NCBI RefSeq assembly: GCF_018350175.1
Contig: NC_058368.1
Span: forward strand, 167,278,001 to 167,342,000
DNA from: Felis catus
Lineage: Eukaryota
DNA length: 64,000 nt
Reading direction: 5' to 3'
The translations under genes and the position numbers were made by a program. Shown piece after piece: positions 61,707-64,000 of this stretch. How positions within the stretch are numbered: the stretch's first letter is position 1; every line of letters starts with the position of its first letter. The notes under the pieces were generated by a model, which made no database searches, was not told the origin of the DNA, and worked only from the letters and a program-made list of their open reading frames with translations.

Positions 61707-62679
61707 ATTCAGGTCCTCTGCCCACTTTTGATTGGATTATTTGAGGGGTTTTTTTTGTTTGTTTGTTTGGGTTTTTTTGGTGTTGAGTTGTATGAGTTCT
61801 TAATATATTTTGGATATTATCCCTTATCAGATATATCATGTGTAAATATCTTCTCCCATTCAGCAGGTTGCCTTTTGGTTTTGTTAATGCTTTCCTTCAC
61901 CCTGCAAAAGCTTTTTATTTTGACATAGTCCCAATAGTTTATTTTTATTTTTGTTTCCCTTGACTAAGGAGACATACCCAGAAAAATGTTGCTAGGTCCA
62001 ATGTTGAAAAGATTATTGCCTATATTGTCTTTTAGGAGTTTTAGGGTTTCAGGCCATACATTTAGACTTTTCAACCATTTTGAGTTTATTTTTGTGTATG
62101 ATGTAAGAAAGTGGTCTAGTTTCATTCTTTTGCATGTAGTTGTCCAATTTTGCGAACATTAATGAAGAGATTGTCTTTTACCCAGTGTATATTCTTGCCT
62201 CTATTGTCATACATTAATTCACCATATAAGCATGGGTTTATTTCTGGGCTCTCTATCCTATTCTATTGTCTATGTGTTTATTTCTGTGCAAGTACTATAC
62301 TGTTTTATTATAGCTCTGTAGCGTAGCTTGAAATCTGGCATTGTTATACCTCCAGCTTTGTTCTTAAGATTTCTTTGGCTATTCAGGGTCATTTATGGTT
62401 CCATACAAATCATAAAATTATTTGTTCTAGCTTTGTGAAAAATACTATTGATATTTTGATAGAGTATACTTTGAATCTGTTGATAGCTTTGGGTTGTGTG
62501 GACAGTTTATTAATCCGATCCATGAGCATGGTATATCTTTCATTTGTTTGTTCATCTTCAATTTCTTTGAATGTCTTAAAGTTTTCAGAGTGCAGGTTTT
62601 TCCGCCTCCTTGGTTAAATTTATTCCTAGGTATTTTACTATCTGGATGCAATATAATTGTTTTCTTCATTTCTCTTTCT

Positions 62680-62700
62680 TTTCTTTTTATGTTTATTTAT

Positions 62701-62748
<48 letters not shown>

Positions 62749-62916
62749 ATGGGCAGGGGAGGGGCAGAGAGAGAGAGGGAGACACAGAATCTGAAGCAGG
62801 CTCCAGGCTCTGAGCTGTCAGCACAGAGCCCAATGCATGGCTCGAACCCACGAACCGTGAGATCATGACCTGAGCCGAAGTCGGTTGCCCAACCAACTAA
62901 GCCACCCAGGCGCCCC
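62680..62916 (-). mobile_element. CanSINE (SINEC_Fc-like) with expanded (GA)n
   Basis: SINE body ending CAGGCGCCCC, (GA)n at about 62705-62743, degenerate TSD TT(C/A)ATTTCT(C/T)TTTCT. Confidence 0.96.
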
Positions 62917-63722
62917 TTAATTTCTTTTTCTGATAGCATATTACTAGTGCACAGAAGTGCAACTGATATTTGCATATTGATTTGGTATCCTGAAAGTTGA
63001 CTGAATTTGTTTATTCTAACAGTATTTCTTGGTGGAGTTTTTCGAGTTTTCTGCAAAATGTCATCTGCAAACAGTGACTGTTAAACTTCTTTCTTTCTGA
63101 TTTGGATGCCTTTTATTTCTTTATCCTGCCCAGTTGCTCTGGCTAGGATGTCTAATAGTGTTGTTGAATTAAAGTGGCAAGAGTGGGCATCCCTGTCTTG
63201 TTCCTGATCTTAGAGGAAATGCTGTCATCTTTTCATCATTGAATGTGATGTTACCTGTGGGCTTGTAATATATGGCTTTTTCTTATACCTACTTCTATAC
63301 CCACTTTGTTGAGAGTTTTTATCATAAGTGAATATTGAATTTTGTCAAATGTTTTTGTACCCATTGAGATGATCATATTATTTTTATCTTTCATTTTGTT
63401 AATGTGATGTATTACGTTGATGTAGGAATCCTTACATCCCTGGAATAAATCTCACTCATGATGTATGATCCTTTTAATACATTACTGAATTTGTTTCACT
63501 AATATTTTGTTGAGGATTTTATTATCCCTTATATTCATCAGGGATATTAGCCTGTAATTATCTTTACTTGGGGCATTCTTGTCTGATTTGAGAATGCTGG
63601 CCTCATAAAATGAGTTTGGGGGTGTTCCCTCCTCTTCTATTTTTGGAAGAGTCTGAGACTGATAGGTATTAATTCTTCTTTGCGTGTTTGGTAGAAACTT
63701 ACCATTAAAGCCACCTGGTCTT

Positions 63723-63942
63723 GGAGTGCCTAGGAGGCTCAGTCACTTGAGTGTCTGACTTCAGCTCAGGTCATGATCTCACAGTTCACAGGTTCAAGCT
63801 CCACTTCAGGCTCTGTGCTGACAGCTCAGAGCCTGAAGCCTGCTTCAGATTCTATGTCTCCCTCTCTCTCTCTGCCCCTCCCCTGCTTGCTCTCTCTCTC
63901 TCAAAAACAAATAAAAACATTGAAAATTTTAAAAAAATAATA
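63723..63942 (+). mobile_element. CanSINE (SINEC_Fc-like)
   Basis: TSD AAAGCCACCTG(G/T)TCTT at 63707-63722 and 63943-63958. Confidence 0.96.
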
Positions 63943-64000
63943 AAAGCCACCTGTTCTTAGACTTTAGTTTGTTGGGAGGTTTTCTTGTTACTGATATAAT

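Larger units (their letters stand above)
60003..64000 (-). mobile_element. L1 (L1MA9/L1_Carn-like) 3'UTR + ORF2, degenerate, runs off the window end
   Basis: TTCAGGTGTACAATATAATGATT 3' end. ORF2 remnants KWAKDLNKH...[19 protein letters not shown] and INKFSQLSGYQIN. Confidence 0.93.

Noticed and set aside
1503..63942. CRISPR-like or regularly spaced repeat array
   Set aside because: Recurrent sequences are dispersed SINEs and paired TSDs with irregular spacing in a mammalian genome. There is no repeat-spacer periodicity.
1461..63960. Numerous 60-195 aa ORFs in the ORF track
   Set aside because: They overlap SINEs (AQSV..TLAQVMISQ, ERERER), microsatellites (CVCVCV, HTHTHT, KEKKR), or antisense/degenerate L1, or are short with non-ATG starts. 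I found no recognisable domains or exon chain.

Overview
This is AT-rich, repeat-dense mammalian genomic DNA from a cat-family (Felidae) genome, judged from about 20 felid-type tRNA-derived CanSINEs (SINEC_Fc-like) and a young felid-type LINE-1. The window looks intronic or intergenic, and I cannot confidently identify a host protein-coding gene. The only long ORF (341 aa) is the C-terminus of L1 ORF2p. The other ORF-track entries are SINE, L1 or microsatellite artefacts, or chance ORFs. The main contents are: SINEs with clear target-site duplications (TSDs); a roughly 12-kb nested stack of older minus-strand L1s (39.3-51.0 kb); a second L1 block (60-64 kb); several MaLR (MLT1) LTRs, including an LTR-internal-LTR provirus with a nested LTR16; and MIR, L2, L3/CR1 and hAT DNA-transposon fossils. 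The most notable observations seen directly in the sequence are: (i) an L1 and a SINE inserted in tandem at one site, leaving three identical 18-bp target-site copies; (ii) a 62-bp micro-inversion inside an old L1 ORF1; (iii) an L1 5' terminus fused directly to mid-ORF1; (iv) a direct-inverted-direct template-switch scar; (v) a candidate terminal coding exon at about 1 kb, plus a few motif clusters that may be regulatory. I found no evidence of a novel multi-gene system. Repeat subfamily names come from recalled consensus similarity, not from a database search, and boundaries of old elements are approximate.
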